Source of the DNA: Lytechinus pictus | Taxonomy: Eukaryota | Assembly: GCF_037042905.1 (NCBI RefSeq) | Contig: NC_087245.1 | Location: 11,596,001 to 11,660,000 of the forward strand | Direction: 5' to 3' | Length of the DNA stretch: 64,000 nucleotides | In this document: positions 1-13,330 of the stretch, in pieces | Layout of the letters: each line of letters begins with the position of its first letter | Position numbering within the stretch: the first letter of the stretch is position 1 | Notes under the pieces: model-generated | What the model saw: the letters and a program-made list of their open reading frames with translations, nothing else | Database searches by the model: none | Told to the model about the DNA's origin: nothing | Translations under genes and position numbers: made by a program

Positions 1-159
1 AGTAAAGCCTTAATTTTTTTCGATATCAAATACTAAACTATATTATCAATATATTATACTAAGTTGTCTTCTGGTTTTTTAAATGATTGAAATGACAAAA
101 TTATCCCAACAAGACATTGATTTGAAAAGACAAGAAAAGAGTGCAAAGTATAGTATTTT

Positions 160-340
160 TAATGATAATGATGATAAACGTAATAATAACAATAATATTA
201 TTAGGGATAATAATAATGATTATAATTCTAAAAATGATAATAATAATAATTATTATTATTATTAATAATATTATTATTATTATTATCATTATTATTATTA
301 TATTATTATTATTATTGTTATTATTATTATTATTATTATA
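160..340. repeat. (AAT)n/(ATT)n microsatellite with strand flips
   Basis: An AAT run switches to ATT at ~250 and flips again around 263-271. Confidence 0.9.
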
Positions 341-1820
341 GCAATTTTAACAATGAAACATTACGTTAATATTATCAGTAGTACATGATGATAATATTGA
401 TAGTAATAGTGACAATAAGCATGCGTGATATATCTCGCATTGCCAATAGGAGGATCTCCAGATATCTCGACGTTCTATGCTCATAACGTTCTTATAACTT
501 ATATACATGTATTGTCATTTTTTGCTCAAACTTTTAGTTTATGATCATATTATTTGATTTTTGTTACTTTCACACAAGCTAACTTAATCCAAAAGTTTCT
601 TTCTTCTTTATTATTATAATATATTTTTAGAACATGCTAATGCGTCTAATGATAAGTTATCACTTGCAATGTTTTTGTGAATGTGCGCATGACATATTTC
701 ATGAATTTTGTCCATTGTTTGTGTTAACAACTGATTGTCTGCCGATTTATTAGATATGTTATCTTCATTTTCCGCTCCCCCTCTCTCTTAATTCCCGTCC
801 CCTCCCTCCTCTCTAACCCACTCTCATCCCATCACTCTGTTCTATAGTAGTGAGGATGGGGCACTGTGTTCTGCAGACCATCATCTCATGATGTTTGTCC
901 CATCTTCTAACTGTTGTATTTACTCTCAGTATACTTTCCTATTAGAACACACTCCACCTCCTTAAATCAGGTTAATGGTGTCTTCAAATTAACCTGTATC
1001 CTGGATATTTTCTGGGCCTTAAGTGGTCTTAAAATGGACTGTACGTAAGTTACGATAAACAAAACGAGACAAAGGTTAAGTGAATTAGGTCCGATCTTAA
1101 GAGAGAAACCATTCATAAAAATGTGTGGGTTTTTTCTCTCTCTCTAAAAACGACTATTTGAATGATAAAGCAATAAAGAATATCATGAATATTAAATGGA
1201 AAATGAGATTTTTGTGAACATTCGAGTCGTCATCATCATTGTCATACAAAACACTTTCATCATCATTATCATCCCCCATGATGATGATCATCATTTTCAA
1301 TATCATAATAAAATGAAGAGATGAAATACTATTATAAACTATAAGATTCAAATGGAAAAGAAAAATTGGAAGGGCTAATTCAAGAAAAAATTTCAGGTGA
1401 ATAAGAAGACGATCAAAAGAGAGTGTTATAAATTAACATAATTAAGTAAAGTTGATAAAATGATAATTACAATTTCATTGTAGATTTTCTTTTCATAAGA
1501 GCAAACGAACGCCATCCCATAAAGGTACCGAATGAAAATAAAACTATCATTCAATTAATAATCACCATGTCTACCTATCATTCATATCCTTTTCGTGCAT
1601 TTCTGCATGTCTAGTTCTTTTATTATTTTAGCTCATCTTACTTTTTAATCAATGGTTCTTTTTGTCGATTCCCCTTGATTTTTTGACGTCCAGTTAGGCC
1701 CTTTCTTCTTCTTCTTTCATTACCAGGTCATAATTATATTTGACTTAAATGCATATTCATTGTCACCATCAACGTCTGTTTTTCTTCAAAGATTCCTTAA
1801 GGAAGGAAATTAGTTCTTAC

Positions 1821-2353
1821 CTTTATGCTGAGAAGGGAGCCCCGACATTGCACAACCTGGATACCTCTCTTCCCCGGTACTACCCCGAAGATAACCGTAC
1901 AAGGCGCACTCAAGATCCGATGCAGAAAAATTGTACTTCTCCCGCTTTTCCAGCGAATCGCTTCCATCGACTCCACCGGAATCTCCGGGTGCCTTCCGCC
2001 CAAAAGGAGATGTCAGATTATGGAAGGGATGAACGGGTGATCTCGATGGAGGAGACGAGACCGGTATTTCACAGTGGGGTCTGGTGAAAGGTCGCCGATT
2101 CGGGTAAGAACCGTGTGCTTTGAGGAACTCATAGTGGAAGGCGTTAGGAATTCCTCTCCCTCCTTGAGATGATGTCGGGAAAGCACCTGGTATGTTTCGG
2201 GGAAAGGGGGCACCAAGAGTCGCCTGACCAGCTGAAAATACCTGAGTCGGGAATGGGAGGGGCGACCGGAAAGTCATAAGAGATTCCGAAGAGTTTGGCG
2301 AGGTGCCCGCTGCTAACATAGGAGGAGGGTGGGGCCATAACGGCAGTGGAAGT
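1821..2353 (-). CDS. Internal coding exon of an unidentified gene (Pro/Ser/Gly-rich, ending EKREKYNFSASDLECALYGYLRGSTGEERYPGCAMSGLPSQHK(G))
   Basis: GC-rich 533-nt block in AT-rich flanks. Minus-strand acceptor ttgctcctttttttcag|A at 2354/2353 and donor CATAAAG|gtaagaa at 1821/1820. One frame is open across the whole exon (part of ORF 1810..2511 -), phase 2 to phase 1. Confidence 0.75.
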
Positions 2354-5300
2354 CTGAAAAAAAGGAGCAACAAACAAGAAATACTAAAATTAAAATATAG
2401 GCCTACAAAATTCTCAAGTGGTCCTAGCCTTTGGTAGATTAAAAAGGTTATTCTGTAGAACTTTGAATAGACTTTAATAATAGTTAAATCAGTTTTAAAC
2501 ATAATTATCATAAGGTTAATCGTGATTATTCAAAATTTATCGAATATTCTTTTACCTTAATAAGTTTTATTTTGTGACCTGCACCATGTACTATGATGAT
2601 ATTACTCAATGTAGGCGATGAAACTAAAATTTATATCTTCTCATTCTTTACAACCTGATTTCCCAAAACTTATAAAAAGTTTAAACTATAGTTAAGAGGG
2701 GATCGTCCAATCCATTCAAAATGTCCTATACAAGATAAATCTGTGTCAAATAAAGCCCATTATATCCTTGAAATGTTCATTTGGCTACAATATAAATTCT
2801 ACAATATGAAATCAGGATGTTCATTGACTGCGGCATAACTTCTTATCAAATTGGAGAAACAAAATTATTCTCACAATGGACACGCAGCTCGCGAATGAAT
2901 ACATGAATTGACTTGTTAGTAACTTGTTGATTTATTTCGTTGACATATAGCACCCGAGAGGAGGGTGTTCTAAATATGAAATTCATCACCACATATGAAA
3001 CGGTGCTTTATTCTTCTACTGTACAAAACTAAAGGAAAGAGATAATTCGTTTTTCTTTTCAGTGTCAAAATTGTGACAGTCTGATATTAAATCCTTCGCG
3101 CTAACGGTGATGCACGAAGATGAGGACTTTATTGGTATGAAGTTGATTCGATGAGCTCTATATACTTCACATTTGTTTGCCACTTAGCTCATGGCTATGG
3201 AGAGCTAATCAGAGACACTTAATTTGATTGGATTTAGGATTGGTCTTATTGAGATATTAAGAGTAGATTGCTACCGCGCGATAGAATCTTTGATTGTTGA
3301 CTAGAGGCAATGGCGCAACCAGTTGGGATACTGATTGTATTATTAGCTCACATCATGTCATTTTTCATCATCTATCCATTATTAGATTGATCAAATGATG
3401 AGTAGAGTCTTAGGGGTTGTACTCAAGATAGAAGGTGTCAGTATTATCACCTATAGCTTATAATCCTCATGATTATCGCTCATACATTTTTCCTTCTTCT
3501 CCAGTTCATACTACAACAATTTTCCTCCCCTTTTCTTAATGTACTTCTTCATCTTTTCCTTCTTTTCTTCTTCGCCAGTAAAATGGTAATAATGATGATG
3601 ATCATTGATTTTATTATCATGTTCATGGTAAAATAAATATTATGATAATTGTCATCATCATTATTAGCATCATTATTATTGTTATCATTATCGTCGTCAT
3701 CATTGCGACTATTTAGCTAAATATGTTATCGCGCTAACTTTAATCTTTTAGTGTAAGTTCTATTCAAAAATCCAAATACAAACAACATGTTTAATGTGGA
3801 TTAAGCACTCATGTTTTTTTTCTGATACAATTGTCAATTTTATATAACAAACTGTGTTTTTTTAGGCAAGCGAATTTCACTTTAGAAACAGCTATTTTCT
3901 GGATAGTTTGAAAATGAAACGATTAACGTCGAGCAGGCAAACAAATCGATTACGTTTGCTTTCTATTGATCGAAGACAAGCAATAAACCAACTGAGATTC
4001 AGTCGTTATTTGAATACTTTTCCTTTCATTTTAATTAACAATGGTTCAATTTCCAAAATCAAGAAGTTACGAACTGGGTTTTAATAACAACGTCCATCAC
4101 ATCGATAATTTCATTGAGAATTTCTAACATATGTTTCCATTTGCCCTTATTCCTTTGCAATCAGAACATAGAAATCCTGGATATTGTTTAATTTCATCGT
4201 CCGATGCACCTGTACGACAAGGAACAAGCACGATCGCGTATTTTTTTTCATAGCATTTGTCGCCATGTTACATTTGGGGAATAAAGTCGTTTTATTTGCA
4301 GTGTGCTCTATTTCTAACGTTTGCTCACCTACTTATCTGCTTATAATGTTATTGATCCTATTACCATATTTAGATTTTGTAATTGTCTCATGTTGTGACA
4401 GCTGCTTAATTTTCGATTCATATATTTCAATACCTTCATAAAGTAAATTGAGGTACAACTCAGCCTTTTTCCACAAAGTAGAAAGATTAATCATGAATCA
4501 TATCAGATACAATTATAATTTGTTTAGTGAACACCTAATAAAGAAAGAAAGAGATCAAAATTTCCAAGATTATCGATGTAATACAAAGATAAATCAGCCT
4601 AACCTCGATAACACAGTATCTTACATATAAGCAGATTAATAGAATTAATGAAAGAATAAACGTTTTGATTTGAAATCCTTTACTACAAAGGAAATTCCAC
4701 AACATTTAGTCATGGATAGCTTTAAAGCTGAATTAAAAGAAAGAAAACATGAAAGAAAAAGAGAGAAGTTGTTGCCACCACTTTCTTTGTTTGGTGTGAA
4801 TGCTTTGATATATCAAAAGAAAACGATCAGAATATAATGACAATATATTGCCAAAGAATCACTTCGTTTCGACCTTGAGAAATAATCGGTGCTTGCGCAA
4901 AACAGAAACCCTGCCGGTTCTATTATCCCGAAAACACCTTCATTCTTCATCCATTTCATATAAAATAGTGATGGTGCGCAGTGGGGCGTTTAAATGCTCA
5001 AATTGGATGAAGCTTTTAACAGGTTGTATATGGGAGTAAATCGACCCAGCCGATGGCATTATGTATTACCTCATCTGTAACAAAAGTCGTTATCATGCTG
5101 TTTAGATACATCGTCTTCTCCAAGTTGGAATTGATTAGCCATTATGGATAAATGATAGTATATCAATAACATGTCATGAATTCATTTTTATTCTCAACAC
5201 GAGAGTGACTCCCCATGCCCTGTCGCAATAACCATTATTTTCTTTCCATTTCCCTTTCGAACTGTTTTGTCTTGCTAAATATCAGTCTTAATATGCGTAT

Positions 5301-5692
5301 CTTGGGATATGATAACGATTATCTCGGTTTGAAAATGACTATTACTGTCAAGAATAAAGAATATTAATCATTGTCTGTAATGATTTTTTACTTTACAAAA
5401 ATGTTTATAAAAAGCTAAGGAAGTATTGTTGATGAATTATTGCAAAGAGAATCTTACTATTACTGGTTCAGTGACTGACTTATGTGGATGCACTCCCCCC
5501 CCCCCCTCTGTCTTCTCACTCTCTCTCTCTCTCTCCATCTCTTCAAATCTCTCTTATACACAAGTTACCCTTTCATTTATCAATCTATTTATCTTTCTTT
5601 CTGCATTTTGTTGTTCCTCTCTCTCCTCTTCTTCTTCTTCCATTCCATTTATCTGGAGGCATATGACCCCACTTTCCTCTGAGGATACATAC

Positions 5693-5809
5693 CTCCCCTC
5701 CGGGATGTAACACTAATCCACTTAACGCCTTCTTCTTGCTATTCCCCCTTAATATCATTGCATCATAAAACGATTGATTCAACTTCGCCGCCTCTGTGCG
5801 CGCGCCAAG
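5693..5809 (-). CDS. Candidate upstream exon of the same minus-strand gene: LGARTEAAKLNQSFYDAMILRGNSKKKALSGLVLHPGGE
   Basis: Donor GGGGAG|gtatgt at 5693/5692 and possible acceptor ataatttctag| at 5810/5809; 117 nt, open, phase 0-0. The phase does not match the 2353 exon directly, so it may be 5'UTR or need an intervening exon. Confidence 0.35.
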
Positions 5810-6699
5810 CTAGAAATTATTATACCGTAAAGCACTCATTCGAAAAATATTCCCCGTGTCATCGAAGCGATTGGTCGCACTGGGCGCACCGGTTGATCTG
5901 CCCGAGGGGATCGTCTGATGGTACCGTTAAAACACAGCTAGTACCCCGTGTCCCTTGAGAAGACATTTAATCATATTAAACGATGTTTTCTCTTTCTTGC
6001 ATCCTCTTCTTATCAGCAAGATTATATCACTTTCATTTTTATTCTTTTTTTTCCTTGAAAGGTGAAAGGGAAAGGGCGCTCAAATATCGCAATGGCGGAA
6101 AGAACGTCTACCTAAGCTTTTCTCACTCTGTTTCTTTTAAAGCTGAAATATTTGTATAGGAAGATTGTGGGGGTGTCGTCCGAATTCCTTAACAATTCTG
6201 TGTCAATGTAAGATACTATTATATAACAATATAATTTTGAAGTAAATGCAATTCAAGGAGGGATGTTATGATTTCCAATAAACAACCCTTGTAATTTTAG
6301 TATATCTCTTGATATACAACATTGAAAATTAATGTTAGCTTTCGAGTTAATATATATAGGACTTAATATGATCAACATCTCGCAAAGTATATCAATAATG
6401 TGCATTTCAAACAGACAGCCACGATTTAATAAATATAAACCGCTTTTGTACATGTGAGAACCGCTTTAAATAAGGTCTTCTGTTTATCTAGTGTCCCAAA
6501 TGTTTTCTAAAGAAACGAAAAATTAAGGAAGTCAATGCTTAGAAGTATCATTAATATTTCAGTGCATCATACGGATTGCATTACAAAATTCGTTCGATTT
6601 ATAAGTGTTAATTTTTCTCTTACATCTAGCGCTCCTCGATTTTTCTTTAACTTTATTTTCCCGCTCTCCGGTTTCATATTTTTCTTCTCTACCTTCTGT

Positions 6700-6930
6700 T
6701 TCTTTATCCTCCTCTTCCTCTTCTATTTCTCCTTCTTCTTCTTCTTTGTCTTCCTCTTCCTCTTCTATTACTTCTTCCTTCTTCTTCCTCCTCCTCTTCC
6801 TCCTTATCTTATTCTTCTTCTTCTCCTTTTTCTTCTTCTTCTTCTTCTTCTTCTTCTTTTTCTTTTTTTCTTCTTCTTCTTACTTTTCTAACATTTCTGT
6901 TTCTTTGTTAATTTCTTCTTCTTCTTCTTA
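6700..6930. repeat. Degenerate (CTT)n/(CCT)n polypyrimidine microsatellite
   Basis: Directly visible; it explains the F/L/S-rich ORFs here. Confidence 0.9.
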
Positions 6931-7032
6931 AAATTCCTCCTAACACCTTTTTTTCTGAAATTGTGTCAGCTAGGAGTCAACTCGAGTATCAAAAAGAGAC
7001 TCATATTCCGAATTAATTTGACTCGGAAGGAT

Positions 7033-7302
7033 CAATGGCGTACAGATAGGGGGGCTTGGGGGCGTTTGCCCCCACCCCCCAAAAAAAAAATGACCAAGAA
7101 AAAAATAAAAGAGAATAGGAAGGATAGAAGGATGAAAATGATATTTTAAAAAAATATTATTTCACAATTTTTCACAAAAATTGAATTCTTGTAAAAAAAA
7201 TAATAAAACTTGTCAAACGTCAAAAATTTTCAACGTTTTTATAAATTTTGCCCGGTACGCCATATCTCGCCCCCTCAACATTTTCGGCTCACTACGTCAC
7301 TG
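7033..7302. mobile_element. Short hAT-like MITE (CAATGGCGTA...TACGTCACTG)
   Basis: Imperfect TIRs and poly-G/poly-C subtermini. Flanks ggaaggat/ctgaggat are a degenerate 8-bp TSD. Confidence 0.55.
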
Positions 7303-8599
7303 CTGAGGATAACTAAATTTCGCCTCATTGTAACTCAGACAACTAGTCACTCTGACTCGGAACTCTCAGGTGAAGCCATTCCTATAGTCAAATTTGACTC
7401 TGCATGGATAACAGTCTTATCTTCAGTAGATATGAAATAATATCATTTCTTTTTTTTTTATTTCGGTCAATTTTCAGAAGACGGCAAATTACCGTCAGAG
7501 GCACCATCGTTTGATCAACCCTTTCAAATGGAGAGCAAATCAAATACATGATCAATAACAAAATGAACAAGGTAGAACAAAAAATTACAAAGAAACACAA
7601 CATTAAACGAACACAAATCAATCTAAAAGTGTTCTTAATGAATGACAATATGGATTGATATACAATCCATAAAATAATGATTCGACACAAGTAATGATGA
7701 CTGTTATATTCATAATCGATTAAAGGACAATCACGAATGCATGTGCCTGGTGTTAATGAGTTAGAAATTGTGAAGAATGTATTTATTTTATTCTAATTAT
7801 GCATGTATTTCTGCAATCTGAAGTGCAACTAAATGTTTCCTTGTTTCTGAGTTATATTTTCTAAAAATGGAAGGGAATGAAAGTATAAAATACCAAATGG
7901 AATCAACACACACACACTTACACCCACACGGGATAAATCTGACTAACGATGAAGAAATATTTGTAAGGTAACAAGAAAAAAAGGTTAACTTTATTAATAG
8001 TATTATTAATGGATCGATTCTTGAGTCTCATAAACAGACTAGAGTGGAGATATTTAAGTAGATACTCTGGCACCCTTAGGGGGGCGTGGAGGTGAATTCA
8101 CAGGGAGTTAAGTTACCCTTGTTGAAGATTTATGCTCTTTAATAGTACAAATAACTTTAAAGACTGTTTGTGTAGGAGATCATAAAATAGTCGAGTAGAT
8201 ACAACTTGCAATATGCTAATTCAATATGAAGAATCATTATATGTAATCACACAGCGGGGTGTTTCCAAAAACTTGAAGAGTGGGCAATGCAATGAAAGAA
8301 TTAACTGACAAAATACAGTAATTAAATTCGCCATGCAAATCATAGCCTGTCATACAAGAGTAAAAAACAAATATCTATTTGTTTATTTAACTGTTTGTTT
8401 ATTTGTATGTTGGTTCATTTATTTATTCATCATGTCTTATTTCTACAAAATAATAACTGATCAGGAAAAGTTTTAATCATGATCAATACGGGTTGTAAAA
8501 CAACAAAATATATCAGAAGAATACATGAATAGCTTGAATGACGATATTTTGTCATTTCCGATAATAATAATTATTATTATTATTTTATATCGTCACTAG

Positions 8600-9580
8600 T
8601 CAAGCTAACATGATAAGATTGTTAGATTTATTACTTGCTTACACCCAAGAACACATGTTGGGAAGAATGAAATCGAAAAAGCTGGCCTTCTTCGCAAAGA
8701 CTTGAGGTCGCAACAACTTATACTTCACCATGTTCATAACATTTTCTATTCAAACGAATATCATTACATATCAAAAAAATTTACACGGTCATCTAATATT
8801 CACGGGCATGAAACAAGAAATAGCCTGTTTAACTTTGTGGTACCTATGAGAAAAGGTCAAATTGGCAACACATTTTATTATAAAGGTATACATTTTTGGA
8901 ATTCCCTCCCTAATCATGTTAAATCGGTTAAGACTTTTACACAATTTAAAAGAGTATTGAAACAACACTTAAAAAATGTCCCACTCTGTAATGTTAAATA
9001 TTCTTTCTAATTTCATGTGCCATCGTGTAGTCAACTATTTAGTTATGATTTATTTAATCAACTTGTTTTACATTGTTTCATCATATTTTGTTGTTTGCGT
9101 GAAAGTTTGATGTCTAACTTATTCGTACTTTTTCATATCTTAGGTTTTACGATTCATGAATCTTGTATTAGTTACGATGCATTTAGCACTACTTAAAAAC
9201 TGATTATTAGTATAATTCTCATATATATGTAACTTAGAAGTAATGATCGTTTACTCAACCTGTTTTACAATTATTTTAATCATATTTTGTTGACTGCGTA
9301 AATGTTTTTCATGACAAACTTATTTATTTTTGTCTTTTTATATATTAAGTTTTATAATTCATCGTGTTAATTTAGTGGTCTAGACTTAATTGATGTAGTT
9401 TGTAGATTTCTATAGGTGTTTTTTCATAGATGTACATTGTCTTCAATTACTGATGTAAGGACCCCATTGGAAATAAGCCATCTCGGCTTTCATGGGCAAT
9501 CCTGTCAAGGTATACACTTCTGTTCATATTTTCTTGTACTTGTTCATAGTTACCTGACAAATAAATCAATCAATCAAACA
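8600..9580 (+). mobile_element. 5'-truncated LINE (L2/Crack/CR1 group): ORF2 C-terminus and 3'UTR
   Basis: ORF 8702..9010 contains HGHETRN...TFYYKGIHFWNSLPNHVKSVKTFTQFKRVLKQHL, a typical post-RT C-terminus. It ends with a stem-loop region (~9459-9505) and an aataaatcaatcaatcaa tail. Confidence 0.85.
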
Positions 9581-10236
9581 TTACGGTTATACCTTCTTCC
9601 TCATCAGTGAGACACAATTAGGAAAATCATGTTTAATTAGAAATTCGAGGAAAAAGTAATGTACAGAAATTATATTTTTTGTCATTTCCGAGGCACCTTT
9701 TTCATCGTTGGTTGGGTTCGTGTCGTGCTGGAGTGAGAGAGAAGAAACACTGATACGAAGAGCGAGTCTCGAAAGCTAGTGCTCGGGCAAGGATTGACGA
9801 AGCGCATCGAGTTTACCCGCTAACCATGCACTCGGCCAATCAAGCAGGGAGGCGAGATTAATTGGGAGTTTAAGGCCACTTAAATACATGTAAATGATGA
9901 GAACCAGTAAGGATATGACGTTTATCCGCTCACTGGAGAGCGACTAGAGGCAAGCTAATCACATTAGCAAGAGCAATGATAGCAAGGAGGATAATTTTGT
10001 TGGTGGCTATTTAGTTTGCGATGGAGGGCATAAGTGCAGAGGACGGAGGCTGCGCGGGGGAGAAAGATGTGTATAATAATTTTTATGGATAAGGAAAGGA
10101 TAAAATGTATGGGGGAAGAGATCGCGGAGGGGAGTAGTATTTCTCCTCTCCCCTACTAGAGAGGGAGAAGAGGAAGAAAGTGAGAGAAAAGGGAGTGGTC
10201 GGAGAGAAAGAGAGAGGGGGAGACAGGGGCTGTAGT

Positions 10237-10513
10237 CATTGGCGGCGGAAGCCAAAAAATTTAGAGGGGGTCCACCTGAAATTTCGGGATGGACACAGGT
10301 AAAAAATTGTACAAGCAAAAAAAAAAGTTTATCAACCAAAATTTTAGGGGGAACACAAAAATTTTAGGGGGGGTCCATCTGAATTTAGGGGGGACGCAGG
10401 AAACAAAATTGACAAGCAAAAAAAAAAGGTTATCAACACAAATTTTAGGGGGGTCCTGTCCCCCCACCTCAAATTTAGGGGGACAGGACCCCCCCCCCCC
10501 CCCCCCGCCTATG
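10237..10513 (+). mobile_element. hAT-like MITE (CATTGGCGG...CCGCCTATG)
   Basis: TIRs; 8-bp TSD gctgtagt/gctgtaat; internal ~75-bp repeats. Same family occurs in reverse at 40811-41020. Confidence 0.8.
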
Positions 10514-13039
10514 GCTGTAATAACCGTTGAGAGGGAGTGAGCAGGGCGGAGATTGAGAAATATAAATGATAATGAACTAAGGGACTGTCTTTATTGATGA
10601 TGATGATATAATTATTTGACGAGAGCAAGAAAGAGAGAGAGAGAAAGAAGGCAGATGTGAAAGGGAAGTGGAGTCTTAGTTGGATAGGTGGTAGAATCTT
10701 TGCTGTAAAATACCCATGTTTTGAAATTGACCGGTATCCTATTTACGTATTTTGAAAGATGTATTACTTTATAACTTTAGTAGACCATTAGCACACGAAG
10801 TATTCAAGTATATATGAAAATTAATATTACAGCGTAATGTTGGGAGGGGTGGTTTGTGTAATACACGCCCTGCACAAACAAACACAATTGTACAGACTGG
10901 ATTAGTTTTAATCGTATTTTTCATTTCGCGATTTGTTACAATACTGTTTGATCTACAGCGTATGCTCTTACCCTTCATGTTCCTATAAAAAAATTACCTA
11001 AAGTGTCTAAACAATCATCCTCCCAAATGCAAATCTAATCAATCAGTAATAATTTCGATCCCATCCTTGAATCATAACCTCGTTCAATCCCTTAGAGTAA
11101 AGCAATGGGGCAAAACAGTGATCAGAGGCCCCTCGTTATAAAACCATGTCGGATCACGTCGAAAATCACCCTATCCTTTTAGATGATTGGAAAATTAGGT
11201 TTGAGGTAAACCGGGACATTTTAATGATTAGGTTTCGGATCATCAGTCTTTTTGCGCATCACCTACGCATTTATCTTCTCGATTTGTAATGAAAACTGTA
11301 CATCTTGAAGGCCATTTAAGTAAGAAAAAAATGCATCTGAACTTTAGACTAAAATATCGTTGGCAGTTTTATATCGACCTAATAAACTTAATTCAGAAAA
11401 GTCCAGAATAAATATGATATGAGACGATTGAAATTTTGAAAACGTAATTGTTTAATTTTAAGACTTACTTACAAATTGAGTACTCGAACTAAATAAAAGG
11501 CATTATGGTATAAAATTGACCTGATGTTCAATGTGTATTTCCAGGAAAATAGCAGACACTGAATAGATGATGGAATCAGCTAGACATAACCTCGAGCATA
11601 ACCAAGATCGTGATTTAACGACTGAAGTACTCAGATACTATACAAGAGCAAAATGAGTTCCAAACTCTTTACATTTCTGAAAATAATGAGCTGTCTTCCT
11701 CAAGCAAGAATAAATCCATCACATCCTCCCCGTTTCGTCCCCCATCCCAGCCCACCATCACCCCTTTCTCTACTGTCTCACGACTCTTTGGGATGAACTA
11801 GGTACTTAACCTTAATGAAAAGCAGCGACCGTTCAGAAACAGTAATCCCTTGTGTCTAACAGCACCCATGTGTACCCATGCGAGCAGCCAACCTATTCCA
11901 TCTATGATAATGCAATCTCAATTTTAATGTGATTACCCCCTTTTAATACCTTTCTGCGATGATGTTTTTGAACTAGTTTCTAAATCGGTGTTGTTCTCCT
12001 CCATTACCTTAAAGCTATACGAAAAGTATATAATAACGAGCTTGCAGTTTGAAATAATAATGATAAAAGCTCGAGTAATTATTATGCACGGAATTATTAA
12101 AATGTACGATAATGACACCACATGCAAAACGGCTCATCTAACTTTGCATCCCATATCATAAAAAAAGATCATTGGACGGATAAAGTAAGATGTATAATCA
12201 AATTGATTATGTTTTAATGACGTTGTGATAATGACACAGTTTTCTAGATAATAGAAGAGTGGATGATTGTTGAATGCTATGTGTAAAGCTCGCTTTAATA
12301 AGGGAAGGGCGGGAGGAGTGGAGATGTGGTATTCATCTGGTTCTGACAGGTGGGTACAAGTCTTACACCATTATAGAGATGATACGACATTTATTTACTT
12401 ATTTATTTATGTATTTATTCATTTATTTGTTTATTAATTTCTTTAATTATTCATTTATTTATTTATTTATTTATCTATTCATTCATCCATTACTACTTTG
12501 GGGATTTTTTCACTCTATTTCCCTCTCCTCTCTCCCTTATTTCTGTTATGTTATGAAAAAAAAATGTTTTGCGTAATTTTGTATAGAAATGTTCCCGTTA
12601 ATCATCTTCGTACCATATTTACTTAACTAACAAACATGAACGTTCATTTTACCCTTGATTGTGTATTGATAATAATATTTTGGTTTTAATTTGTCGCTAT
12701 GTACATTTTAACGCCATATTTGAAAAGGGATTTTTTTAATGGATAAATCATATCTGAGATTATATTTACGCCATGTGTATAAAAGTAAGTTGCATATTTT
12801 TCCACTGTATATTTAGTCATTCAATCTTTAGATATAAATATATCCTATTGTAGATAGATACGTTATACTGTGTTTAGTATAATTAGAAGACAAACGAACT
12901 AAAATGATCATTTACACGAATGAAACCATCTCCAAACAGACCAATGATATGCCTTTTCTAAACAGTGCTATATCTAGCTTTGATCGATCTGGAGTCGGTT
13001 TCGTTGTTGTGACCGTAATATTAGGGAATTATCGCGTCC

Positions 13040-13330
13040 GCGACGCAATCCATGGCGGATTCAAGAACACATTAAATCTATTTAAAATGTCTGTCAAATG
13101 ACAATGAACAGCTGGGAGGGCTTTGTCGAAAATTGGTGATCCGGAACATTAGTTTCGTCCTAAATTTCAGAGCTGATGAGAAATTTTAAATATGTCGTTC
13201 GTCCAGAGTCCAGGACGAAGCTTGTTTTCGTTCACCCATTGTCGACAAAGACTTCTCGGTTGTCCATTGCCATGAAGGGCAAATGACAATACATTTTCTG
13301 TGTTTTTGAATGCGTCATGCGTCATGGAGC
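13040..13330. mobile_element. Degenerate foldback MITE
   Basis: catggcggattcaagaacaca...ctttgtcgaaaattggtga pairs with tcacccattgtcgacaaag...tgtgtttttgaatgcgtcatg. Confidence 0.55.

Noticed and set aside
83..341. ORFs rich in I/N/L
   Set aside because: These are translations of the AAT/ATT microsatellite. The same applies to 6535-6931 (CTT) and 33693-33930 (TAG).
1749..2087. 112-aa plus-strand ORF
   Set aside because: It is an antisense shadow of the minus-strand exon, which has the splice signals and the longer open frame.
3063..3134. Plus-strand exon-like segment (ttttcag|...|gtatga)
   Set aside because: Stops in all three frames and no partner exons; it cannot be supported without transcripts.
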